Of a stretch of DNA of 64,000 nt, positions 37,659 to 49,341 are shown one piece after another. The notes under the pieces were generated by a model. That model saw only the letters and a list, made by a program, of their open reading frames with translations. It was not told the origin of the DNA and ran no database searches. This DNA is from Tubulanus polymorphus (Eukaryota > Animalia > Nemertea), in the NCBI RefSeq assembly GCF_964204645.1, contig NC_134036.1, forward strand, positions 1,674,001 to 1,738,000. The letters are read 5' to 3'. Made by a program: the position numbers and the translations under genes. Positions within the stretch are counted from its first letter, which is position 1. Each line of letters starts with the position of its first letter.

Positions 37659-38109
37659 CAGTGGAACCTTGTTACAACGAACTCTTATACAGAGATTCAT
37701 TAAGAATATAAAATTGTGCCCCGAATAAGAGAATCTAATTATTTTCATACTGGATATAACAAATTTTCAGTTATAACGAACAGATTTTCTGGTCTCCTGA
37801 AGTTCGTTGTAATGAGATTCCACTGTATTTAGAACTGTTGGTTATGATGGACAGATTTTCTGGTCTCCTGAAGTTCGTTGTAACGAGGTTCCGCTGTATA
37901 GAGAACTATCGGTTATAACGAACAGATTTTCTGGTCTCCTGAAGTTCGTTGTAACGAGGTTCCGCTGTATATAGAACTATCGGTTATAACGAACAGATTT
38001 TCTGGTCTCCTGAAGTTCGTTGTAACGAGGTTCTGCTGTATATAGAACTATCGGTTATAATGAACAGATTTTCTGGTCTCCTGAAGTTCATTGTAACGAG
38101 GTTCCAGTG
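37659..38109. mobile_element. pogo/Tc1-type MITE (CAGTGGAACC TIR) whose right end is amplified as a 71-bp tandem array of 5 copies
   Basis: CAGTGGAACCTTGTTACAACGAAC at 37659 and GTTCGTTGTAATGAGATTCCACTG|TA ending at 37825; CAGATTTTCTGGTCTCCTGAAG at 37781, 37852, 37923, 37994, 38065. Confidence 0.82.
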
Positions 38110-39190
38110 TAGTAGAGGAAGTCTTTGTAAACTACATATCATCCATGGCAGGGGTTCGTGCTGTGGCTGAGTGTAGCGATGCGATCAGGTTCGAATCCCG
38201 GCCAAGGAAGGATGACTACGTATGTACTTTGGTATGCTGGATCAAGTTCCACAGTTATGAATTGTAGTGGGAAGTTCATTTTCAATGAATTAACTCTCGA
38301 TTGCAATTCCAACTCAGGTCCTGTGGAACTGGGGTCCTGCTGATTGAAGTTTGTTTAGGTTGTGAGATCTGCTGCAGTTTCTTAGAAGATTATAAGTTCA
38401 TATCCTCTTCAAAATACAGTCAGTCTGTTTTGCAAAGCCGCCATCTTTTTAATGCCATTTTGAAATTTGCTCAAACTCGAATTCAATGGAAATACCATTC
38501 TTTTAATATTCATAGAACCAAATTCTGTTTTTGTTTTTCATTGGTCTCAACAGTGGTGGTAATTACAACTTATACTATTTTTTATGAAATTTAGTAAATA
38601 TTTCAAAAAAGAAACGTGCCAATTGAATATAAATTCTAGTGATATATTTTATGAATTATAATTATATGTATAATTTTAACAATTAAAACTATTAGTAAAA
38701 TAAAGTATACTTAATCTTAGAAAATTGATTTGATATCGTCTACATTTCTTGGAAGGTAGGACAGTAGGTTTAGTTCGTTGCAATACAGGTGAATCTTAGG
38801 AAACAACTCGATTTAACATACCTTCTACAATACTCTGGGTTTTTCCAGTTTGAGACTGTAAGAATCTTTCCTCTCCTCAAAATTCTCATCGTCATTACGT
38901 CTTGTTCCTTCCTCTACTAATGCGTTTTTCAACGGAATTAACAATTGTCGATCCTCCTTAATTTCAATTCCTCATAAAAACCGCGAATCATTTGAAAAAG
39001 TATTTCACGCAAGTTTTTCTTTAGAAATTTACAGAAGTTCATATTTATTTCTTTACAAGAAGTTTTTTTTTACAAAAAATGTTTAAGAGTATTTACAGTT
39101 TTGCTTCAGGTTTTTTCCGACCGCTGCAAGGATTCGCAAAGTAAATAAGGCTGCTTGTGTTTCACGATTTGGCCAGTAGGGGGCGTTGAC

Positions 39191-42100
39191 TCAAACCGGA
39201 CAATCGTACACGTGAATGGCTCGATCGTCCGACACCGAGACGACCTTCGACCCCGTCGCGTTGTAACAAGCTCCCCAAACCTGTAAAATAAATTCGGTAA
39301 GTTTCAACTCGAGTTTGAAGTGGTGAAGATGAACTTGTCCAGAATAGGACATAAATAAAAGAAATGGCGATGATTTTGTGTAGAGATGATGTCATTGGGA
39401 GATTTGTGGAGGCAGCGATCTTATTTGGAATTATCAATTCGATGATGTCATAGGAAGATTGATGAAGGCAGCCATCTTATCTAGAAGTATCTATTTGATG
39501 GTGTCATAGGTAGATTCATGGAGGCAGCCATCAGTCAAGAAACAAACCTCTTCAGAAATATTACCAGGCAGCAAATAACAATTTTATGGATCCAGTTCAA
39601 CAGTTTGTGGGTCAAATTTTATTAACTCACAACTAGATGGATTGTTTACGGAAAACAAGATGGCGTCCGAAACGTACCTGGTCCATATGGTCGTAGAAAG
39701 TGTGAATGCATTGTCGCGAACCGGCGTCCCAAATCTTCACTGTTTTATCGGAGGAACTGAAAAAAAGTGATTCAAACCGAGTCTTACCGCAAGCGAATGG
39801 TGATGAGGGATTCTGTACTAATTATGGTTTACAATACTGGTTGTCATGTATCTTACCAGGTAACAATGTGCGCGTTGTCGGGTGAGAATTTAGCGTTTAA
39901 TACCCACGATCCGTGACCCGATAAACTGCCGGCTAGGTTTCCGTGTTGCCTGGAAAATTCATCGAAAAAAATCAAATTTGACGAAACTGAAATGGCAGCA
40001 AACCTATCTACTACATTACTATGAGGAGAGATCTGCAATTTGAACAACTTTAGTCGCTCTCTTCTTGATCTTGATGAGTTACGCCAACAGCAACCAATTC
40101 TGGCTTTTTCGTTAGTGGGGGATAGAGGGTTAACTGCACTTAGATAGACTGGAGCCGCCGTTTGAAGGCTTCAGTCGACGGAGAGTTTATCACTTCCTCA
40201 GAGAGATGGTTCCAGTCAATGGTAGTCCTCACAAAGAATGAGTTCGAATGACTTCTTACGATTCAAGCACATTTAAAAGCATTTTACATTTAGAAGGAGC
40301 TTTTAAGGAATCAAGAAGTCGTAGGGACCTTGTACTAGTGAAGCTGCTGAAATGGCAGTCAATCTACTATCGGTACATCTTTCTTCAGAAATAAAAGATT
40401 TAACTACATTTAAAAGATCTACAACTTTCTACTGAAAACAGTGAAACAGATTAAACACTTACACGTCGTATATTTTACTGTGACCGTCGTCCGACGCTGT
40501 GACGAGTAGCTGAGAATCAGATGAGAAACACAACGCCCGTACGGGCATCGCGTGGCCCTCGAGGAACGCGTGCATCAGTTTACCGGTCGTCATGTCGAAT
40601 ATATTGATCGTACCTTCTATTGAACCGGCTGCGATGTACCTCCCGTCCGGACTCTGTGTAAATACAATCATATCATTCAGAACTGATCATTTGCTCAAAG
40701 GTTTATTAGAATTAACCAGTGGCTAGGTGACTTTTTCTAGGACATTCAAGGGCTGCAGTTGATCAAAAGTTGGTTAGAATTAACCAGTGGATAGTTGACA
40801 TATTGACAATTAAAAGTTCATTGTTACTATGGTATTTATCTGGGGCTGCAGTTGCTCAATAGTTGGTTCAAGTTAACCAGTTAAAGTTAGAGTTAACCAG
40901 TGGAGAGTTGACAATTAAAAGTTCATTGTTACTATGGTATTTATCTGGGGCTGCAGTTGCTCAAAAGTTGGTTCAAGTAAACCAGTTGAAGTTAGAGTTA
41001 ACCAGTGGAGAGTTGACAATTTAAAGTTCATTGTTACTATGGTATTTATCCGCCGGTTATCTTTAACCAACTTTTCAGTAAGTGGCTCCGATCTATAAAA
41101 TAGGTTCTGCTATTGAAAATTGTGGCATTACTTTGTACAATTATACGAACTGAATGCAGTATCTTGGGATTATATGATGATGTCATAGGGGGATTTATGG
41201 AGATAGGGATAGGGTTGTAAATTTCTATAGCGCCTTGTAAATAGCAGGGCTATTATCAAAGGCGCTCTCCAGACGAAGATGGTGACTTGAACAGAAATGT
41301 CTTGAGCTGTGCTTTGAGATGGCTATCTACTGTGTCATTGCCTGGTACAACAATCTGATGGTGTACTTTCTCTTGAAGAGCCACTTAATCAACTTGATGA
41401 TGTCATAGGGGGATTTACGGTAGGCTCCATCTTAACTCAAGTATCTAAACTCCACATCCATTTGAAGATGTCATAGGAGGATTTATGGAGGCAGACATCT
41501 TTTCTGTGATGTAACAGAAAACCCTAAATATAGCTGCAAAGCAGCAATAACGGGTTTTCTGCACAGTCTTAGAATCCTGTTCAACGGTGTCAATCTATGA
41601 GCAGAATAGCTGGATATTGAGGAGACTCTGAAAGAGATTTCCCAAATTTGGGAGAATGATTTGAACTTACGTAAGCGACGCTGAGTGTAAACTTCATCTT
41701 ACAATCGAGAGACGTCTCTTTCTTTCCGGACTCGATTCCGAACAAGTTGATTTTACCGGTGTGCGAACCGGTCGCTAGGAAACGTGAATCCGGCGAAAAA
41801 CAGATTGACCACGCGTCAACTGAAAAACGACAACAATAGATTTGTTACTATAGAGATTCGAGACTCGTCACGTTGGATTTGAACCCAGAGGGATTCAAAA
41901 AGCTTTAGACCAAATAATGGTAAATAATGCTGGGTTCGAACCCGATGGTATAATGTAAGATTCTAGAAAGTTTTTCCCTCTCAGCCTGATTCTAATAGCG
42001 CCTTACAACAAATACTGAACTGGTAAACAATTTCTAGGGGGGGATCTTGAAGCCATCAGCAATATCAGGTTCGAGTCCATATATCGTCCAGAAATGTTGT

Positions 42101-44023
42101 TTAGTTAGATTAAGAAAGTTTACTAGGGACCCAGTGAGATGTTTTACGTTTTATTCTGGTGCCAATGAGACGAGAGGGGCGTTTATTTTGGGAGAGGTTT
42201 TTTTTAATACCTGGTCCGGCGTCGAATGATTTCAGCTGTTTGCCCGTTTCAAGATCCCACAGTCGTATGTGACTATCGAGACTACTCGACGCTACCATTG
42301 TTCCGTTTAAATTAATATCCACGGAAACGATACCAAGTTGATGTCCTTCTAGTACGTGACGTAATTCTAGTTTATTTTCACCGGTCCTACGAGAAAATAA
42401 ACAATTAACAAACTTTCAAAATATGAGCACAGTGGCCATTCTTATTTGACTTGCATTTCTCCCTGACATGCATGTTGTTTTCCCTGTCCTGATCTGCTAA
42501 GAATCCAATCAGTTAACACAGATTCAAATTGATTTTAAGCGCAATCTAGCAATCTCAACAAATTTTTCTCTGACCTGTACCCAATTTTCGCTCATTTACA
42601 AAATTAGTTGATCTTTTTAAAGAAAAGAAAATTCCCCGAATTTCTCTGATTACCAGTGTCCGGTTTCATAGACTGAGTATCAAAGTTATCCCTAGGGATA
42701 AATTCTCAATCTGGGTGACAACCAACATAGCAACAATGAGAAACCATGGTTAAAACTGACGAATTTCAAAATATTCCCAGGGATTATTTTTCTTCCACAT
42801 ATATGAAACCCAGCCCAGAAGTATTGTTTCTAAACCAACAGTCAAATTGACTTCAAATCCAAGTTCTGAATTTTCTAATTTATCTATCTCAATATGACCC
42901 ACAATAGGCTTATGTACAGATATATAGTCCATGTACAGATATATAGCCCAGAGGTATAAAAGAAGTGCCACTATGACTAAACTAGAGAATAAAAACATCC
43001 TAGAATATGACCTGAGGCTGAATGAGAAGGGGATTATTTTGTAAACACTTTTACTCTCACCACTTCCAACATTTGACGATATCGTCCACTGCTGCAGTGA
43101 CGATATTTTCGACCCCATCTCGCTCGCTTTTACCCCAAGCGCACGTCCAAATACTGTCTTCATGAGCTACAGAAACAAAACACAAGAGAGAAATATAATT
43201 AAATCTGAAATAGAAACTATTGTAGGCCCTGGGCCCAGTTTCACAAAAAAGTTAAACTAAAATTTTTGGTATAATTGCCATTGGTTACTTCATGTTTGCA
43301 ATGAGGACAACAATTCAAACTTAACTGATTTCGGCTTAAATTTCATTTTATCTTTAGGCTTTTTCTGGCTGAAACTGGGCTCTGGTATCAAAATGCATAT
43401 TGTATATCATAGATATTTGATTGCAGGATCGAGTTTTAGATATTCTAACAAAATATGGGAATGAATCTCTTTAATTAGGTAGATTTTGCCGAGAGGGAAT
43501 TTGGAATCAAACAAACTTACCTTGTTCTTCTTTGTAAATGATAGAATACTGAAGCAAATAAAAAACCAAAACATTTAGATTGAGATTACCTAAATAACAG
43601 AGGAAGGAGGATTACAAATAATAAGTAGGCTAGAAAACTTTTAAGTGATTGATTGGTTTTGGGATTAAAAATTGAAAGGAGGCCAAGAAAGGAAGAACAG
43701 AGTCTTTAGTAACTTTTAGTGGTCCAAGATAAAATGCCACTAAATAGCAATAAAACAGTTAATTTCTACTCAGTTGATTATTCCAAAAATTCTAACTACT
43801 CAAGTGGGATTCGAACCCATCTAGGATTGGTGTACCTGGTAACCGGTATTTAAGGGTTGTTTAAGGAAGCTTTAGGCGCGCAGATACGCCTAGCAAACGA
43901 TCATATCATTTAGTACATATCGGATCTTCGATTAAGCTTGCGATCACGATTTTCTGATCGCTCGAAAAGGAGAAATTTAATTTTTAACCCTTGAAATGAA
44001 CAATTTTGGTCGGTACTTACCAT
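39191..44023 (-). CDS. WDR61: WD repeat protein 61 / SKI8; 9 exons: 44023-44021 (ATG only), 43548-43521, 43166-43061, 42386-42211, 41819-41671, 40653-40463, 39949-39857, 39756-39678, 39280-39191
   Basis: [22 protein letters not shown]...[13 protein letters not shown]...[31 protein letters not shown]...[27 protein letters not shown]...IHVYDCPV*, colinear with recalled human WDR61. Confidence 0.96.
40690..41089. mobile_element. MITE family D with internal tandem amplification; related copies at about 36415-36640
   Basis: GGGCTGCAGTTG[C/A]TCAAAAGTTGG...TTAACCAGTGGA.AGTTGACA...AAAGTTCATTGTTACTATGG repeated three to four times. Confidence 0.7.
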
Positions 44024-45427
44024 TGTCAACTTCCGCGACAAGGTGAATGTTCAGAGCGCCGGTACTTGATCAGGTTCGAATCCCATATTTTCCTCATGAT
44101 GCGCGGGTCCTAATTTCCGCAGATAAAGGTTTATACCGTGGAAATTGCGTATTCAAATATAATCATATTCAGATGTTGATTGATAGCACCTATTTATACA
44201 CGTAGAAATAATCTAATATTTTAAAATAGAGAAAATATGGGTTACTGTATTGAATTGAATTGTGGTGGCAGCACCGTAGCGCCTAATTCAAATCAAGGTT
44301 TTATATTGAACACGAATAAGAGCAATGGCGGCGGTGACGACGGGTGGTTTCTGGACGATGGCAATCCCGAGTTTCTCAACTGGTAAGCGCTTTGATATTT
44401 ATTTATCTCGACAAAATTGCAGGTCCAAAATCGTTCGTAGATTGTAATTCTTTTATGGTAAAACATTTGCCGTCATCTTGGTCACCGTTTTTGGTCTTGG
44501 TGCTGGCGGCGCGACTCGCCAACTTTTTTCGGCTCGTGACCAAGAACGTTCACGTTTTGGGTTTAAAACATCAATTCCATTCGCTGTAGGAATTCGGAAT
44601 TAGAATTCACGTTATTTCTTAATTTTTTTTGGTGGAACAGGTTTTGATAATGGTCCCGTTTGGCTATGTGTTTAAAATGTAACATCATCGGAGGCGCAGT
44701 GCCAGGCTCCTGTGAAAACTTTTCAGACGGTTTATCCTTTAGTTCCATTCTATATCTGCTTATTTTAATTGTTATCTAAAGTAAGCTCCCCCGGTTGATT
44801 ATTTGAACAGCTCAACCACCCTGGACGTAAATTTTATCCATTGAAACATATGGGAAAAGAAACAAAAGTTGGCGGTTCTCAACTCGGTAAAATATTTTGC
44901 GTCAGACTCATTCTGATATTTGGCCGTAATATTTCAATCGTCCTATGCATTTGGCTAATTCGTTTTGGGTAAAGGATATTACAGTTTTTGAGGTCTTGAA
45001 TTCGCGTAGAGAATATTTTTGATGATTTGTCTGATATTCTAAGCTATGATGACCAACCAGTTCTGAATAATAGCACGTACGTTTCGAAATCGATGAAGCG
45101 ACGATCATTTGTATTGTGTCCGTTCCTCGTTGACCTTGCCCCTGGTCTTTTCAAAGCAGAAATAATCAATTTCCTATTTCGAAATCATGTTAAATCATCC
45201 ATGGCATTTAAAGTATGAATAAGTGAGATATTTTTGTGGAGCCCCGAATTGCAGACCAAAAAATAGTTGGCATATTCTTCATCAAACGAATTATAAACGA
45301 TCAGATCATGTATTAGAAATACATAGAAGTTGAGAAAGAGTAGAAAGTCTTATTTAAACATGAAGCCATTTTTAATCGAGATCTTGTACATGATATAAAT
45401 ACATATTTTTGGAATATATTTAAAGTT

Positions 45428-47934
45428 CTAAGTTTGTCTGAGTTGTAGAATTCGATCGACCGCTTCGGGGAAGTCGTTGCAAACTAAAGTCGGCGCGGCC
45501 GGATCTATTTTAGACTCATCGCCTGGTCTGTATTTTCCTGGAGAAATTATCAGCATAAAACTTTAGAAACGTTGAATTCGAATTTTGAAAATCATATTTA
45601 TCATTCCCAGTAGTTTTCATTATTTTTAAAGCCGTTTAGATTTTTTATAATCGTTTTTATGAAATCTGGATTAAATTCAAAATCAGATATTTGCTTTTTA
45701 TTCGTTGTGAATGTTTACCGGTTTTTACAAGAATACCCATCATGCCCGCGTCCATGGCGCCCTTTACGTCATCGCGCACATCCTGGAAATAGAAATACTC
45801 GATCTGATGGCCCAGTGGCAACCTGGGGTATAGATTTCTATATCAGTTTTGAATGAATTCAATAGATATTTCGTCACAGTTTACTGGGACCAGTTGGTCA
45901 AAAGTTTGCTAAAATACTCATCGGATAAACCATGATGATCCCGCTAGGCACTACACGAAGCTGTTGCAACTAGCCGAAGGATCCAGCTTCACCAAAAAGT
46001 ACTCAAATAGTTAGTTCAATTGCTTATGGTTACCTCACGATAAGGACATTACAAACTTGCATTCAACAATTCAAACGTAACCGTTTTAAGCTTAAACATT
46101 TCAATGAAACCGCATCCTGAGTCACTTAAAAGGCTAAAACGGTTAAATTTGAATTATTGTCCTCATTGAATACATCAAGGTTGCCAAAAGTAATTAAACT
46201 AAAAATTTTAGTTAAGCTTTCTTTATTAAACTGGACGCTGCCCTTATCGTATTGGAGTTTGAACTGTCAGATGAACTTACATCTCCTATCATGACAGTGT
46301 GTTGAGCCTGGCAGCCTAATTCTCTGAGGGCTTCTTGAAAGAATGATTCACTCGGTTTTCCTACAATCTCCGCTATAGTACCGTCAGTCGCGTATTCCAA
46401 GGCGGCCACAAACGGGCCTTAACAAAAAAAAGATACAGAAAGTGTCGTCTCAAATCAAATACGTTTTATAATTTCGACATTCAATTCACAGAATTCGATA
46501 GTCGACATAAGACATACCAGCTCCTAGATTTAGTCCAGTGGACGTTTTGTAATATCGAGCTTTGTTGATAGCAATCAGACTGGCTCCGTTTAGCACCAAC
46601 CTAAATGTTAATAATTTCACACATTTTGATTAAGATTAAAAATAATTTTTACAATATGGGATTTTCCAGTTACCAGGCGCCATTTTGCGGCGGTTCCGCA
46701 TTGTTGAACAAATTTTGACATTTTAATAACTGTTTTGCTTGTGAGTATAGTAAGTAACCTGTGATCTTTAAATCAATTTTAACATCGCTTTGCGACCATT
46801 TTGTATAAAAGCACAATATTCTTAAATGAACATTTCTATAACAATAACCTAAAAATAGTAAAGATTTAATATTTTTATTGAATTTTTCAATCTTTTATCG
46901 TTTCTTTAGGTAGCGGTGTCACGATCGATAAGATTCGGCCCACCTGAATGCGTCGTTCATATCAGCATAATTGAATTTTGTCGGAGCCAACCCGACCACG
47001 ACCGCGTTCGGATCATTACAATCGATTCCTGAAATCAACACTCAACAACATTTCAACAATATTTCGGTAACAATGGTAAGTTCGATTGGTTTTTCTCCCA
47101 AAAAGTTCAGTGCTTAAGTAAGTTTAAGTTTTTTTTGGATTGAATGATTTTAATTTTTGATGAACATCTTCCATCTCCCGAACTAAACATACGAATCTTT
47201 GAGAAAATGTTTATCTTAAATATCACTAATCAAAACAATAAAGAAAAATCATTAAGATAATCTAAAAATATCTCAAGAATGTCGGTGGGCTGACCTTGAA
47301 AATCTTCTAAAGCAACCTCCTCTAGAAACAATCTGGGTCGCAGACGCCTCCTTTCGACCAGTCGCCGCGCCGCCGTTAACGAAGTGAAAATATCGTCTTT
47401 ACTCAAATCGAATCCCAAACTACAGAGTCGTTCGTGCAGACGATTTAACGATTCTTTAGTCGTATTCGTCACGAATTTCACCTTGACCTTCGCTCGTTTT
47501 AACCTAAAACAGACGACAGAGTTTCAGAGTTTTACTTCTAAGGGCCAGCTGCCCAGTCATGACTTAGATTTAAGACCAGTCAAAGACCAATTTAGTTCAA
47601 TAGCCAATCTAAGAACTTAATACCAGTCTTAAGATTTCAAGAATACTTTCGGACTTAAGTCACTGCTGTGCCACTGGGCTCAGTTTTTTATTGGACCAGT
47701 TTAAATCTTAATCGTGGGGTACAATTCATATCTCCAACAATAAAGTATAAATGCCGGGGTTGAATTAAAACCCATTTTTGGTGGGTTTTGTTCGAAAGTA
47801 GTCTTAGATAAAATCGGTTAAGTTAGGTTTGATGCATACCTTTCAAGTGCTTCCTGAGCGCCACATATCGCCTGGTTTTCTATGTGTATAGTTCCGCTCA
47901 AATCAACCATAACCGCATCGATAGTTCGTCTCAT
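45428..47934 (-). CDS. HDHD2: HAD-like hydrolase HDHD2; exons 47934-47840, 47503-47295, 47028-46944, 46600-46518, 46417-46281, 45782-45719, 45537-45428
   Basis: [10 protein letters not shown] (HAD motif I variant), [69 protein letters not shown]. Confidence 0.95.
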
Positions 47935-48050
47935 CGCCGCTAGGAGTAACCGCGCTCCTGTTAGGTGCATCGAATCAACGTCGCTTCAAACCTTCAATTA
48001 GAAATTGAGAAATTAAAACATGAAATAATTCAGACGTTAAATGATTTAGA

Positions 48051-48266
48051 ACAGTGCTGCTGTCAACCTCTGAAAAGTGCTATCTGTAACAAATTGAATT
48101 TTTTTTCAGTAATATTTCATTGAAATATGAACGAAAATGTTCAAATTAATCAGTAATCAACAGTAAGACCTTCAGTAACATCCGACATATTTCTGTTCAC
48201 GAAATCAGTATTTCTGATTATAGAATAGTAACAAATGCTGAACACCAATAACGGTTGACAGCTCTG
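48051..48266. mobile_element. Small hAT-like MITE just upstream of the HDHD2 first coding exon
   Basis: CAGTGCTGCTGTCAACC ... GGTTGACAGCTCTG inverted termini. Confidence 0.4.
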
Positions 48267-49341
48267 TTAGAATATGATGGGACATATTCTCAGTTGGATT
48301 GTTTCTATAATCCCTTTATTTTTCTTTATTCCATCCAGGTGTCGCTGAACTTTACAGTGATCATCCAACTGTAACAATTAGTGAATTTAGTACATTTCGT
48401 GAACGACTGGATTTCGGTTAACAATGTGCAAGAAAAAGTGGAGCAAGGAACCGCAATAGAATGGATGGATATGGGCGGCTACGGTAAAGGTATAATTCAT
48501 TCACCCCTCTCTTCCTCTCATCTCTCCTCTTTCCATTTATCTCACCTACTCTCACCCATTTTTCCCTCGTGTCTCACTCCTTTCAATTTTTCAATTCTCT
48601 CACACCTCTCCTCTCCTACATCACCTCTCTCATTTCTCACTTCTTTCACCGCTTCATCCATTTTTTACTTTGTCTCTCTCGTCTCTCTTATTTGAACCGA
48701 TCTCACTGAAATAAGCGCCTTCGCGATAATGCTCATTTCTGACACACCAAAACCGGAAGAAATGGCGAGAAAATGGGACTCGAACCCAAACAACATTTAA
48801 TGCTTGACCGGTAGTTGTATATTTCTATAGATGGCGCACCGGTCAAGTGCATTAGCACAGAACGGTGGCTATCAATGACTTGCGTACGCTTTATAAACAC
48901 GGTTACGATCAATGGAATAAAACTATTTGTTATGTATCAAGTGCTTGACACCAGGACCTACAAAAATATGATGTCAAAATAGTAGTTGCTCCTATCAACC
49001 TCCTCTATCCCACAGGCCTTCTCACAATTCCTTTACCTCTCACTCCTCTAAGTTATGTATTAAATCTAAAAGTGCTTGACACTAGCAAAAACCGATGTCA
49101 AAATAGAACTCCTCTCACAGGCCTTCTCACAATTCCTTTACTTCTCAATCCTCTCACTTATTTGCAATGACTATTCATTTAAATCATTATCTCTTCTATG
49201 CGTCTTTTCTCATCCCGTTCTCGAACACTCGTCCATGTCATCCTCCCATCTCTACATCATCCGGCAATCTATCAAAGCGTCTTTCATTTTTCTTTCTTGT
49301 GGATTGCATGATAATGGATATTTATTTGATTTAATTTCAGG

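Noticed and set aside
44475-44545. Inverted repeat TCTTGGTCAC/GTGACCAAGA as a pre-miRNA
   Set aside because: Only 10 bp pair and the interior pairs poorly.
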